Below are positions 1 through 13,318 of a stretch of DNA of 64,000 nt, in pieces. Position 1 is the first letter of the stretch. Every line of letters begins with the position of its first letter. The translations under genes were made by a program, and so were the position numbers. The stretch is taken from contig CAVWCF010000001.1 of the NCBI GenBank assembly GCA_963753435.1, forward strand, positions 1,216,001-1,280,000, in the 5' to 3' direction. Under the pieces are notes generated by a model, which was not told the DNA's origin, searched no databases, and saw only the letters and a program-made list of their open reading frames with translations. This DNA is from an uncultured Actinomycetota bacterium (GTDB lineage: Bacteria > Actinomycetota > Actinomycetes > CAVWCF01).

Positions 1-508
1 GGCCAAGAAGCTCACCCCGGACCTTTGGGAGCACCACGGAATCAAGCGCGTGGTGGAGCAGGACGAGGATGGCGAGTCCAAGACCCGGGTCGTCAACGGC
101 GTCTGCGTGTTCTTCAACTCCCGGGAGTTCGACGGGCCGTTCGGTTGCGCGCTGCACCATCTGGCCGAGCGCGAGGACGTGCACTTCGTCAAGACCAAGC
201 CCGAGGTCTGCTGGCAGTTGCCGATCCGGCGCACCTACGCCAAGGAAGACCTGGGCGACGCCAAGCGCCAGTACACGGTCATCGGGGAGTACGACCGGCG
301 CGGCTGGGGCCCCGGCGGTCACGACCTGGACTGGTACTGCACCGGGGCAACCGAAGCCCACGTCGGCAACGAGCCGGTCTACCTGTCCAGCCGAAACGAA
401 CTGGTGGAGTTGATGGGCGAAACGGCATACGCCGAACTCGTCCGGATCTGCGAGGAACGGCTTGCGGGCAAGACCCCGGTCGCCCCGCACCCCGCCGACG
501 CTGAATGA
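1..508 (+). CDS. Conserved Cys-motif protein (DUF3109/YkgJ-like), 5' truncated
   Basis: Frame open from window start; CVF..GCALH..KPEVCWQLP motifs; sits upstream of radA. Confidence 0.7.
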   Translation, partial: AKKLTPDLWEHHGIKRVVEQDEDGESKTRVVNGVCVFFNSREFDGPFGCALHHLAEREDVHFVKTKPEVCWQLPIRRTYAKEDLGDAKRQYTVIGEYDRRGWGPGGHDLDWYCTGATEAHVGNEPVYLSSRNELVELMGETAYAELVRICEERLAGKTPVAPHPADAE

Positions 509-547
509 CCCGGGCCGTGTCGGACCCGGGACCTAGGTTTGCCCGAC

Positions 548-1927
548 ATGACCGCTAGTTCGACCCGTCGCCGCAAGCAGTCCGATTTCGGCTGCTCCGA
601 ATGCGGCTGGTCCACCCCCAAGTGGGTCGGCCGCTGCGCCGGTTGCGGCGTCTGGGGCAGCGTCGTCGAGGCGGTTTCGACCGTCGACCTCACCGTCGCC
701 GGTGGCAGCGGACCCGGTCCCGTCCGCCCAATCGCCGAGGTCAGCGCCGACGAAGCCGAGCACCGGGCCACGCAGATCGGCGAGTTGGACCGCGTGCTCG
801 GTGGGGGCGTCGTGCCCGGATCGGTCGTGCTGGTCGCCGGCGAGCCCGGCGTGGGCAAGTCGACGCTGCTGTTGGACGTCGCGGCGCGTTCGGCGCAGGC
901 CGGCTCTCGCGCGTTGTACGTGTCCGGCGAGGAGTCGGCTGCGCAGGTGCGCGCCCGCGCGGGTCGCATCGGCGCGCTGGCCGATGACCTGTTCCTGGCT
1001 GCGGAGTCCGACCTGGCCGGGGTCCTGGCCCATGTCGAGTCGGTGGCGCCGAGCCTGCTGGTACTGGACTCGGTGCAGACGGTGTCCATGCCGTCGGCCG
1101 ACGGTGCCGCCGGCGGCGTGGCCCAAGTGCGCGAGGTGACCGCTGCGCTGGTGCGGGTTGCCAAGGCCAGGGCGATGTCCGTGCTGCTGGTGGGGCACGT
1201 AACCAAGGACGGCGCGATCGCCGGACCACGCACGATGGAACACCTGGTCGACGTGGTCTTGTCCTTCGAGGGGGACCGGCATAGCCGACTTCGGCTACTG
1301 CGGGCGCTGAAGAACCGGTTCGGTCCCGCCGACGAGGTCGGCTGCTTCGATCTGGGCGACGACGGACTGACCGGGCTCGCTGACGCCAGCAGCCTGTTCG
1401 TCAACAGCCGATCCGATCCGGTGCCCGGCACCTGCGTGACCGTCGCCATCGAGGGACGCCGCCCGCTGGTGGCCGAAGTGCAGGCGCTGGTTGCCCCCAG
1501 CCCGTTGGCCGCGCCCCGGCGCGCCACCAGTGGACTGGACACCTCGCGCACGGCCATGGTGCTGGCCGTCCTGGAACGCCGCGCCGGAGTACGTCTCGCC
1601 GACCGCGACGTGTTCGCCGCCACCGTCGGCGGCTTGCGCCTGACCGAACCGGCCGCCGACCTGGCCCTCAGCCTTGCGGTGGCTTCGGCAGCGCACGACC
1701 TCGCGGTTCGGCCGCGTTGGGTGGCGTTCGGGGAGGTCGGTCTGACCGGTGAGGTCAGGCAGGTGCAAGGCCTACCCCAGCGACTGGCGGAAGCCGCCCG
1801 ACTGGGCTTCGAGGTTGCGATCGTGCCGTCCAGTTCTGCTGCGCGCGCACCGGAAGGAATGCGTTGCCTGGCCGTGCCCGACGTGCTCGCCGCCGTGAAC
1901 CTGCTGCGACCCGGCTCGAGCTCGTAA
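548..1927 (+). CDS. radA: DNA repair protein RadA/Sms
   Basis: CSECG..WVGRCAGC zinc finger, GEPGVGKST Walker A, KNRFG motif. Confidence 0.97.
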   Translation: MTASSTRRRKQSDFGCSECGWSTPKWVGRCAGCGVWGSVVEAVSTVDLTVAGGSGPGPVRPIAEVSADEAEHRATQIGELDRVLGGGVVPGSVVLVAGEPGVGKSTLLLDVAARSAQAGSRALYVSGEESAAQVRARAGRIGALADDLFLAAESDLAGVLAHVESVAPSLLVLDSVQTVSMPSADGAAGGVAQVREVTAALVRVAKARAMSVLLVGHVTKDGAIAGPRTMEHLVDVVLSFEGDRHSRLRLLRALKNRFGPADEVGCFDLGDDGLTGLADASSLFVNSRSDPVPGTCVTVAIEGRRPLVAEVQALVAPSPLAAPRRATSGLDTSRTAMVLAVLERRAGVRLADRDVFAATVGGLRLTEPAADLALSLAVASAAHDLAVRPRWVAFGEVGLTGEVRQVQGLPQRLAEAARLGFEVAIVPSSSAARAPEGMRCLAVPDVLAAVNLLRPGSSS

Positions 1928-1977
1928 TCCCACTAGGCTGCGGCCCAACGATCGACTGCAGCCAAACGAGGTGGTAA

Positions 1978-3087
1978 GTGGCTCCGCCCGCGGACAAGTC
2001 CGACGATCCCGTCGAGCGTGAGGCCCTGTTCCGCCGCACGCTGCAAGCAGTAGCGCCCGGCACCGAACTGCGCGACGGCCTGGAGCGCATCCTCCGCGGT
2101 GGCACCGGCAGCCTCGTCGTCTTCGGACACGACCGGGTGGTCGAATCCGTCTGCAGCGGCGGCTTCACCCTCGACATCGAGTTCAGCGCTACCCGGCTAC
2201 GCGAACTGGCCAAGATGGACGGCGCTGTCGTCCTGTCCACCGACGGCTCGCGCATCCTCAAGGCGAACACGCATCTGGTTCCCGACCCGACCCTGCCGAC
2301 ATCGGAGTCCGGCATGCGCCACCGGACCGCCGAGCGCACCGCTCGCCACACCGGCCTACCGGTGCTGTCGGTGTCCAGCTCGATGAACATCATCGTCTTG
2401 TACCTGGACGACCGCCGGTACGTCCTGGAGGAGCCGGGCTCGATCCTCGGCCGCGCCAACCAGGCTCTTGCGACGCTGGAGCGCTACAAGCAACGGCTGG
2501 ACGAAGTGGCCGGGTCGCTGTCTGCGCTGGAGATAGAAGACCTCGTGACGGTCCGCGACGTGATCCAGGTGGCGCAGCGGTTGGAGATGGTGCGCCGGAT
2601 CGCCGACGAGATCGACGGCTACGTGCTGGAACTGGGCACCAGCGGCCGGCTGTTGTCGCTGCAACTGGAGGAACTCGTGCGCGGCCTCGGCGCCGACCGC
2701 GAACTGCTGGCGGCCGACTACTTGCCGCGCCCGGCTCGGCGCCGCCGCGCCAAGGAGCCACACCCCGACCTGGACGCACTACGCAACCTGTCGTCAACCG
2801 AACTGGTCGACCTGGGCGCAGTCGCCCGCGTGCTCGGGTTCAACGGAACCGAAGTCATGGAGCAGCCGCTGACCCCGCGCGGCTATCGGTTGCTCGCCCG
2901 AGTGCCGCGGCTGCCGGCCGGCGTCGTAGACGGTCTGGTCAAGCACTTCGATGGGCTGCAACCGCTACTCGGCGCCACCGTCGATGAGCTGCAAGCCGTC
3001 GAAGGAGTCGGTGAGAGCCGGGCCCGGACGATCCGCGAGGGGCTGTCGCGCATGGCGGAGTCCTCGATCCTGGAGCGGTACGTCTAG
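1978..3087 (+). CDS. disA: Diadenylate cyclase / DNA integrity scanning protein
   Basis: KMDGA and GMRHRTAER DAC motifs, C-terminal HhH (VEGVG); follows radA. Confidence 0.97.
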   Translation: MAPPADKSDDPVEREALFRRTLQAVAPGTELRDGLERILRGGTGSLVVFGHDRVVESVCSGGFTLDIEFSATRLRELAKMDGAVVLSTDGSRILKANTHLVPDPTLPTSESGMRHRTAERTARHTGLPVLSVSSSMNIIVLYLDDRRYVLEEPGSILGRANQALATLERYKQRLDEVAGSLSALEIEDLVTVRDVIQVAQRLEMVRRIADEIDGYVLELGTSGRLLSLQLEELVRGLGADRELLAADYLPRPARRRRAKEPHPDLDALRNLSSTELVDLGAVARVLGFNGTEVMEQPLTPRGYRLLARVPRLPAGVVDGLVKHFDGLQPLLGATVDELQAVEGVGESRARTIREGLSRMAESSILERYV

Positions 3088-3138
3088 GCACGCACGGCTC
3101 GACCCGAACCCTGGACAGAACTGAACGGCGCAGTCGTG

Positions 3139-3570
3139 TCACTGCTGCGGCACCAGTCCGGCCAGCCGCCAAAGGTCGACCACCAGCACCTCGTCACCGC
3201 TGCCGGCCAGTTGCGTGGTCCCGGACACGTAGTCGGGTAGGCCGATCCCAGCAGGCCGAACGGCGCCGGCATCACCGTCACCCAATACCCGGTCGACCGA
3301 GTCGACGGCGAGGACGACCACGTCCCCGTCTGCCACTCCCGGGGCCGGGGGCGCCTGCACGACCAGCGCGTCGCCGGTCTTGCCCGGGTAGGCGCGGCTG
3401 CGCAGGTCCACCACGGGCACCGGACGACCTCGCAGCGAAAGCACGCCGGTCACCGGAGCCCGGGTTCCTTGCAGCTCCTCAACGCCAGCGGCCCGAAGCA
3501 CCTCCTGAACCTGATCCAGGGGCGCGGCCAACAGCCGCTCGTCGAGCCGGAACAACACGCTGGCGCTCAT
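3139..3570 (-). CDS. cheW: CheW-like adaptor protein
   Basis: VTGVLSLRGRPVPVVDLR, LAVDSV; overlaps cheR stop. Confidence 0.85.
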   Translation of the reverse strand: MSASVLFRLDERLLAAPLDQVQEVLRAAGVEELQGTRAPVTGVLSLRGRPVPVVDLRSRAYPGKTGDALVVQAPPAPGVADGDVVVLAVDSVDRVLGDGDAGAVRPAGIGLPDYVSGTTQLAGSGDEVLVVDLWRLAGLVPQQ

Positions 3571-5009
3571 CGGCGCACCTCCGAATCGGCTTCGGCCAGT
3601 TCACGACACAACTCGATCAAGTCGGCCACGGGTCGGCCGTCCAGCAGCGGCTCGATGTCCGCCACTGGCGTGCGCGGCAAGGTCTCCACCGCGGCCCGGA
3701 ACGCACGCAAGGCCGCGGGTCGGTCGTCCAGACGCCGAAGTGCCGCACCCAGCAAGAAGTGCACATGACCGGCGGCCGGGTTCAGGAACAGTGCCTTGCG
3801 CAGCGGGTCGACCGCGTCGATGTCGCGGCCCAACGTGGACAGCAGGTAGCCGCGCAGGACGTAGGCGTCAGCGAGCAGCGGGTCGGTCGCGATCGCCCGG
3901 TCGGTCAGTTCCAGGGCTTCGAGGTAGTGACCCAGGGTTCGCGCCGATCGGGCGGACTCCAGGAAAGAAGCGGCGACCTGCTCCGTCGACGGCTCGCCCA
4001 ACTCGTCGGGGAGTCCGGTGAACCTCGACGGCGCCGTGGCAGCCGCGCGGGACGTGCCGCGAACGTCGGCCGGCTGTCGCCCGCTGTGCCCGCTGGCGGC
4101 GTTGCCCACCGGGGCGGTCGCGAAACCGGGCGCGCCGCCGCCGATCTTGGCGGCCGGTGGAACGTTGACTGAATTGAGCAGACGACTGCGGGGCCGTCGC
4201 CGGGCCGGCTTTCGATAGCCGAACGCCTCGCCGAGGGGCACCAACTCGAAATCGTCGCTGATCTGCCAGAGCGTCTCGGCGTGCCCGAGCAACATCCAGC
4301 CATCAACCCGAAGGGCCCGGCCGAGTCGCTCGATCACGGCCCTGGTGGTCTCGCGACCGAAGTAGATGGTGACGTTGCGGCAGAGGACCAGGTCCACCTC
4401 GCCCGGGCTGAACGGCGGGTCGTCGAGCAGGTTGTGCACGCCGAACGTCACCAGTTCGGCCACCTCGGACCGGACCCGCATGCGCGGACCGTCGAGCGGG
4501 TCGAACCAGCGCGCGACCGCACCGTCCTCGGCCAGGTCCAGGGTGCGTCCCGAATACTCGCCGGCCTGGGCGCGCTCGATCGCTCGCGGCGACACATCCG
4601 TGCCGACGATTCGTACCGGCGGCGGCGCGGGGATCGCGCCGAGCAGTTCCGCCACGAGCATCCCGACGGTGTACGCCTCCTCCCCGGTGGAACACCCAGC
4701 GCTCCAGATGGTCACTGGCCGGTTGGCCCGGGCGCCGCGCAGCAGCACCTCCGGAAGAACGTGCCGCCGCATCGCTTCCACCTGCGGGCGGTTGCGGTGA
4801 AAGTGCGTCTCCTGGATCGTCGCGCGGTCGATCAGCGCGCCGCGTTCGACCGGGTCGGAAGTAACGCGATCTAGGTATTCGTCCACACCGGCGCATCCCA
4901 ACGCCGCCACTCGTTGGTTGATGAAGTCCGCCAAGCTGGCGGCGCGTGTTGCCTCGGGGTTCAACCCGACGTGGCGCTCCAGCCAGAGCGGGACCGGCTC
5001 ACCCGTCAT
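3567..5009 (-). CDS. cheR: CheR methyltransferase with C-terminal TPR (WspC-like architecture)
   Basis: TIQETHFHR, IWSAGCSTGEEAY, CRNVTIYF, LLGHAE; low-complexity linker, then TPR-like repeats. Confidence 0.92.
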   Translation of the reverse strand: MTGEPVPLWLERHVGLNPEATRAASLADFINQRVAALGCAGVDEYLDRVTSDPVERGALIDRATIQETHFHRNRPQVEAMRRHVLPEVLLRGARANRPVTIWSAGCSTGEEAYTVGMLVAELLGAIPAPPPVRIVGTDVSPRAIERAQAGEYSGRTLDLAEDGAVARWFDPLDGPRMRVRSEVAELVTFGVHNLLDDPPFSPGEVDLVLCRNVTIYFGRETTRAVIERLGRALRVDGWMLLGHAETLWQISDDFELVPLGEAFGYRKPARRRPRSRLLNSVNVPPAAKIGGGAPGFATAPVGNAASGHSGRQPADVRGTSRAAATAPSRFTGLPDELGEPSTEQVAASFLESARSARTLGHYLEALELTDRAIATDPLLADAYVLRGYLLSTLGRDIDAVDPLRKALFLNPAAGHVHFLLGAALRRLDDRPAALRAFRAAVETLPRTPVADIEPLLDGRPVADLIELCRELAEADSEVRR

Positions 5010-6043
5010 CGGTTCACCGCCTCAATTTGCTGCAGCGCCACCCGAATCGCGTCAGCGACATGCTCCAGAGCCACGACCTCGGTCACGAAGCCGGCGGTCG
5101 TGGCGGCGCCGGGCATGCCCCAGACCACCGCGGTGGCCTCATCCTGCGCAATGGTGTGCGCGCCGTGGTCGGTCAGCGCAGCCATTCCGTTGACACCGTC
5201 GCGGCCCATTCCGGTCAGCAGTACGCCGACCGAACGCGGGCCACACACCTCCGCCACCGAGATCAAGGTGGTGTCCACGCTGGGGACGTGGAACTGCGCC
5301 GAGGCCGGCGCGGTCAGATGCAGGCGCATGCCCGGATGCAGTTCGAGGTTGGCGCCGAAGGGCGCCAAGTACACGCAGCCGGGGATGGCGCGTTCGCCGT
5401 CGACCGCGACGCGGACCGGCAACGGGCACACCTCGTCCAGCCAGCGGGCCAGCCCTTCGACGAACCCATCGGCCATGTGCTGCACGACGAGCACAACCGC
5501 GTCCAGGTCCTCCGGTAGCGATCCCAGGACCGTGGCCAAGGCCGGCGGACCGCCGGTGGAAGCACCGATCGTGACCACCGGACGACGGACCGGCGCGGCT
5601 CGGCCGCGCAGACGGGCCCGCGGATGCGTGATTACGGGAGCCCTCGCAGCGACCGCGAGGTGCTTGCGCACGGCGACGGCGTGCTGGGGGCTGTTGACAT
5701 CGGCAGCCACGTCGATGAGATCCACGGCGCCGGCGGCCAGGGCTGTTGCCGCGTGCTCGGCCGCGGCCCGGTAGACGACGATCGGAGTGGCCCTGGTGGC
5801 CATGATCTGCTCGATGACCTCCAGGCCGCCATCGTGAAGATCCAAATCCAGTAGCAGCACGTCAACTGCGGCGGTGCGCACGATCTGTTCGGCTTCATCC
5901 GCATCGCGAACCTGACCGCAAATCACGAAGCCCGGGTCTTCCAGCAGCCTCGCGAGCGCGCGCAGACGCGTCCGGGTGCGGGCGACGAGCAGCACCCGGG
6001 TCGCGGCGGAACCGTCCGCGGTCGGCTCGGCAGGCGACGCCAT
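5006..6043 (-). CDS. cheB: CheB methylesterase with degenerate receiver domain
   Basis: GASTGGP, VQHM, LTGMGRDG catalytic motifs, VVWGMP; start uncertain (6043 or 6079). Confidence 0.92.
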   Translation of the reverse strand: MASPAEPTADGSAATRVLLVARTRTRLRALARLLEDPGFVICGQVRDADEAEQIVRTAAVDVLLLDLDLHDGGLEVIEQIMATRATPIVVYRAAAEHAATALAAGAVDLIDVAADVNSPQHAVAVRKHLAVAARAPVITHPRARLRGRAAPVRRPVVTIGASTGGPPALATVLGSLPEDLDAVVLVVQHMADGFVEGLARWLDEVCPLPVRVAVDGERAIPGCVYLAPFGANLELHPGMRLHLTAPASAQFHVPSVDTTLISVAEVCGPRSVGVLLTGMGRDGVNGMAALTDHGAHTIAQDEATAVVWGMPGAATTAGFVTEVVALEHVADAIRVALQQIEAVNR

Positions 6044-6139
6044 TACGGTCACCGGCACCTCCCGGGCACGACACGGCATCGGGGGCTGTCCCCTCTGAGG
6101 CGGTTGTCGTCGCGTTCGCCGGTGGGCTTGAGGGCCCCG

Positions 6140-6772
6140 CTACTGCAGAGTGAAGGCGCTTTCGCCGCTGTTGAGCGACCCGACCCGCGCGACGGCGACG
6201 TAGTCACCAGCGTCGACGTCGCCGAGATCGTCGGGGCAGCCTTCGGCGGACCGGCCGCGATCCCACAGCACGGTCACCCGTTCGCCGTCGCCGGGAGCCA
6301 GGGAGACGACCTCCGGGTCGCCGCCGGGGTTGCAGTGGTCGCTGGACCAGAGGACCTGCTCGCCGGACCGAACCTGCAACTCCAGTGCCGCCTGACCGAC
6401 GTCGCGTTCACAGGTCCGTTGTGAGGAGTTCACCACCCGCAGGGTCAGCCGCGGATCCTGATCGGCGGCGTACTCGGTGCGGTCGGTGAGCACGTCGAGC
6501 GTGAGTTCGTCGTCAGCGCACTCAGCCGAGGAAGGCGCGGTCGTCGCCGTGGGTTCGGCGGAGTCGGTCGGGGTGGCTGCCGGCGTCGGTGTGGCCGCGG
6601 CGGACTCGCTGGGGGCGGGCGCGGTCGTTGCGTCGCCGTCACCGCCGGTCAACGCGGTGATCAACCACCACAGCAGCGCCAGCACCGCGATGACGGCCAC
6701 CAGGAACAGCAGGCGTCGCCGCCAGTAGACCGACGCCGGGTGCGGGCCGACCGGGCGCAGCAGGCTGGACAC
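6140..6772 (-). CDS. Conserved actinobacterial membrane-anchored protein (Rv3587c-like)
   Basis: GPxPxxVYWRRR, TM helix, Pro/Thr linker, Cys-containing domain (WSSDHC). Confidence 0.75.
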   Translation of the reverse strand: MSSLLRPVGPHPASVYWRRRLLFLVAVIAVLALLWWLITALTGGDGDATTAPAPSESAAATPTPAATPTDSAEPTATTAPSSAECADDELTLDVLTDRTEYAADQDPRLTLRVVNSSQRTCERDVGQAALELQVRSGEQVLWSSDHCNPGGDPEVVSLAPGDGERVTVLWDRGRSAEGCPDDLGDVDAGDYVAVARVGSLNSGESAFTLQ

Positions 6773-6833
6773 GGCGGCCACTCTAGGTGGCGGCCGTCAG
6801 CGACTCACGAGGACCGTTTCGGTTGCCCCAACG

Positions 6834-6882
6834 CTTGAATGCGGCTTTCAGGCGATCTATTCGCGTGAAAGCCGCATTCAAG
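6834..6882 (-). terminator. 17-bp perfect inverted repeat downstream of clpC
   Basis: cttgaatgcggctttca (6834-6850) / tgaaagccgcattcaag (6866-6882). Confidence 0.7.
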
Positions 6883-6900
6883 GCGGGCAGTTGGGGTGGG

Positions 6901-9399
<2,499 letters not shown>

Positions 9400-9628
9400 C
9401 TCGCTCCTCCTGGTCCCGGGACCACGGATCGTCTGATCCGGTGCTCCGGTTCGGCCATGCTAACCCCGTGCACCAAAGGTTTCAGGGGAGCATTCCGCTC
9501 CCGTCGCCCAGTTGGATGCGCCGGCTCTGCTGCAAACGTCGGCCGGTTTCGGGTGCTTCCGTAGTCCGCGCAGGGCGAAACCGGGCCGGGGGCCGCTGCG
9601 CTCCTGCGTCTGGATCGGTGGGGTCGCG

Positions 9629-10258
9629 GTGAGCGGGGTGATCGTCGTCGGCGCCGGACCGGGCTTGGGGATGGCGCTGGCGCGGCGGTTCGCCGCCGGC
9701 GGGCTGCGCCCGGCCCTGCTGTCCCGGCAACCGTCCGAAACGGCCGCAGCTGAGCTCGACGACCCCGTCCTGATCGCCGCCGACGCGGCCGATCCGGACG
9801 CCCTGACCAGGGGCATCGACGCCGCCGCGGCCCAGGTGGGGCCGGTGGAAGCCCTGCTGTTCAACCCATCAGTGACGCTGATGGGGCGGCCGTCCGAAGT
9901 CGACCCGGCAGCGGTTGCCGCGGCTTTGGCGGTGGGGACGGTGGGCGCCATCTCCGCAGCCCAGGCGGTACTGCCCGGCATGCGGGAGCGCGGCCGCGGG
10001 ACGCTGCTGTTCACCGGCGGCGGCACTGCGCTGCAGCCCTGGGTGGACGCGGTCGCCATCGGGTTGCAGAAGGCCGCGCTGCGCAACTACGCCCTGGCGC
10101 TGGCAGCGGAACTGCGTGGCGAGCCGGTGCGCGCGGGCACGGTCACGATCACGGGCATGATCGGGTCGGCGGGATTCGAACCGGACCGGATCGCAGACGC
10201 CTTCTGGGCGTGGCATCTGAACCCGGCCGCCGCCGACGAGGTCGTTTTCGACGGCTGA
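9629..10258 (+). CDS. Atypical SDR oxidoreductase
   Basis: VVGAGPGLG Rossmann motif, LLFTGG, KAALR; no catalytic Tyr. Confidence 0.8.
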   Translation: MSGVIVVGAGPGLGMALARRFAAGGLRPALLSRQPSETAAAELDDPVLIAADAADPDALTRGIDAAAAQVGPVEALLFNPSVTLMGRPSEVDPAAVAAALAVGTVGAISAAQAVLPGMRERGRGTLLFTGGGTALQPWVDAVAIGLQKAALRNYALALAAELRGEPVRAGTVTITGMIGSAGFEPDRIADAFWAWHLNPAAADEVVFDG

Positions 10259-10279
10259 GCGGACCGTTATGGGGTCGGG

Positions 10280-10594
10280 CTAATGCGCCGCCTCGTAAGC
10301 GGCGCGCAATTCCGCCGAAATCCGGCCGCGCTCGTTTACTGCCCGACCCTGGGATTTTGCCCATTCGCGAATGAGGGCGCTGTCCCCGGGGCCGGAGCGG
10401 CGACGGCCGCCGGTGCTTCGCCCAGCCCGCCTGCCGTTGGCCACGAAGTTCGCGAGCGAGTCGCGTAGACGCGCAGCATTTGCCGCCGACAGGTCGATTT
10501 CGTAGTTGGTGCCGTCCAACCCGAAAGTGACGGTTTCGTCGGCTGGACCCCCGTCAAGGTCATCCACCAGAGTTACGACAACTCGCTGCGCCAT
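10280..10594 (-). CDS. lsr2: Nucleoid-associated protein Lsr2
   Basis: LVDDLDG..YEIDLS, IREWA..RGRI. Confidence 0.96.
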   Translation of the reverse strand: MAQRVVVTLVDDLDGGPADETVTFGLDGTNYEIDLSAANAARLRDSLANFVANGRRAGRSTGGRRRSGPGDSALIREWAKSQGRAVNERGRISAELRAAYEAAH

Positions 10595-10739
10595 TTGAAC
10601 TCCATTTCCCGAAAATCAATACGGACATTATTGCCGGAAGTCCGTACCGCGCATTCACCGGGCGGAAAATGGGCCCCGCCGAATCGCGCGGCGTGACCGC
10701 CTCCGTCGCTTCGGGGGTGCACATCCGTAGGCTGATGCC

Positions 10740-11189
10740 GTGGGTTACCGAATCGAAGCCGCCGACCCGACCGACGAGCGCGCCCAAGGGGCGCTGACTT
10801 CGTTCCTGGCGGAGATGGCCGAACGCGTCGACACGCGGTTCCTGGACGAGGACGTCCGAGCCCAGGCCAGCAAGCCGGAGTTCTTCGTGTTGGCCCTGGA
10901 CGACAGCGACCGGGCCGTTGGCTGCGGGGCGCTGCGGCAGGTCTCCACCGACACCGGAGAGATCGGGCAGATGTGGGTCAACCCCGTGCTGCGCGGCCGT
11001 GGCATCGGCCGGCGGATGCTGTCCGCGCTGGAGGGCGCGGCGGCCGTGGCCAACTTGGACAGTGTTCGGCTGGAGACGCACGAGAACCTGCACGAGTCGG
11101 TGCTGCTGTTCGAAACCAACGGGTACCAGCGCGTGGAGTCCGGCGAGAACGAGGTCGCCACCCACGTGTACGAGAAGCAGCTCGCCTGA
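10740..11189 (+). CDS. GNAT family N-acetyltransferase
   Basis: VGCGAL..MWV..RGRGIGRR..LET motif. Confidence 0.85.
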   Translation: MGYRIEAADPTDERAQGALTSFLAEMAERVDTRFLDEDVRAQASKPEFFVLALDDSDRAVGCGALRQVSTDTGEIGQMWVNPVLRGRGIGRRMLSALEGAAAVANLDSVRLETHENLHESVLLFETNGYQRVESGENEVATHVYEKQLA

Positions 11190-11192
11190 AGT

Positions 11193-11692
11193 TCAGAGGG
11201 TCAGCAGCATCCGGGTGTTGCCCAGCGTGCTGGGCTTGACGCGCTCGAGGTCGAGGAACTCCGCGACCCCCTCGTCGTAGGACTGCAGCAACTCCTCATA
11301 GACCTCGTGGCTGACCGGGGCGCCCTCAATCTCGGCGAAACCGTGTGCGGCGAAGAAGTCCACCTCGAAGGTCAGCGTGAATACGCGCTTGACGCCAACC
11401 GCCCGGGCGGTGTCCAGCAGGTGGCGCAGCAACTGCCCCCCGATGCCCTGGCCGCGCAGATCCTGGTGCACCGCCAGCGTGCGCACCTCGGCCAAGTCCT
11501 CCCAGAGCACGTGCAGGGCCCCGCACCCCACAACTTCACCGGCAACCTCGGCGACCACGAACTCCTGCACGTCCTCGTACAGCGTCACCGTCGCCTTGGA
11601 CAGCAGGATCCGCTGCTCGGTGTACTCGTCGATGAGTTCGCGAATCACCTTCACATCGGCTGTGCGCGCCCGGCGCACCATCAGCTCGCCCA

Positions 11693-11693
<1 letters not shown>
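11193..11693 (-). CDS. argA: Amino-acid (glutamate) N-acetyltransferase, short actinobacterial type
   Basis: LYEDVQEF, GCGALHVLWEDLAEVRTLAV, LTFEVDFF. Confidence 0.85.
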
Positions 11694-13213
<1,520 letters not shown>

Positions 13214-13250
13214 GGCGCGCAGGCTACCGGCGCGCGCAGGATGTCCCCGT

Positions 13251-13292
13251 TGAGCGCCGCCGTTGCGGCCTACCGCTAACAGAGCGGCTCTG
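13251..13292. repeat. 42-bp dispersed REP-like repeat, copy 1
   Basis: 35/42 identical to 34035-34076; last 19 bp identical. Confidence 0.75.
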
Positions 13293-13318
13293 TGCGGGGT
13301 AGGCCGGAAGGGAGGCGC

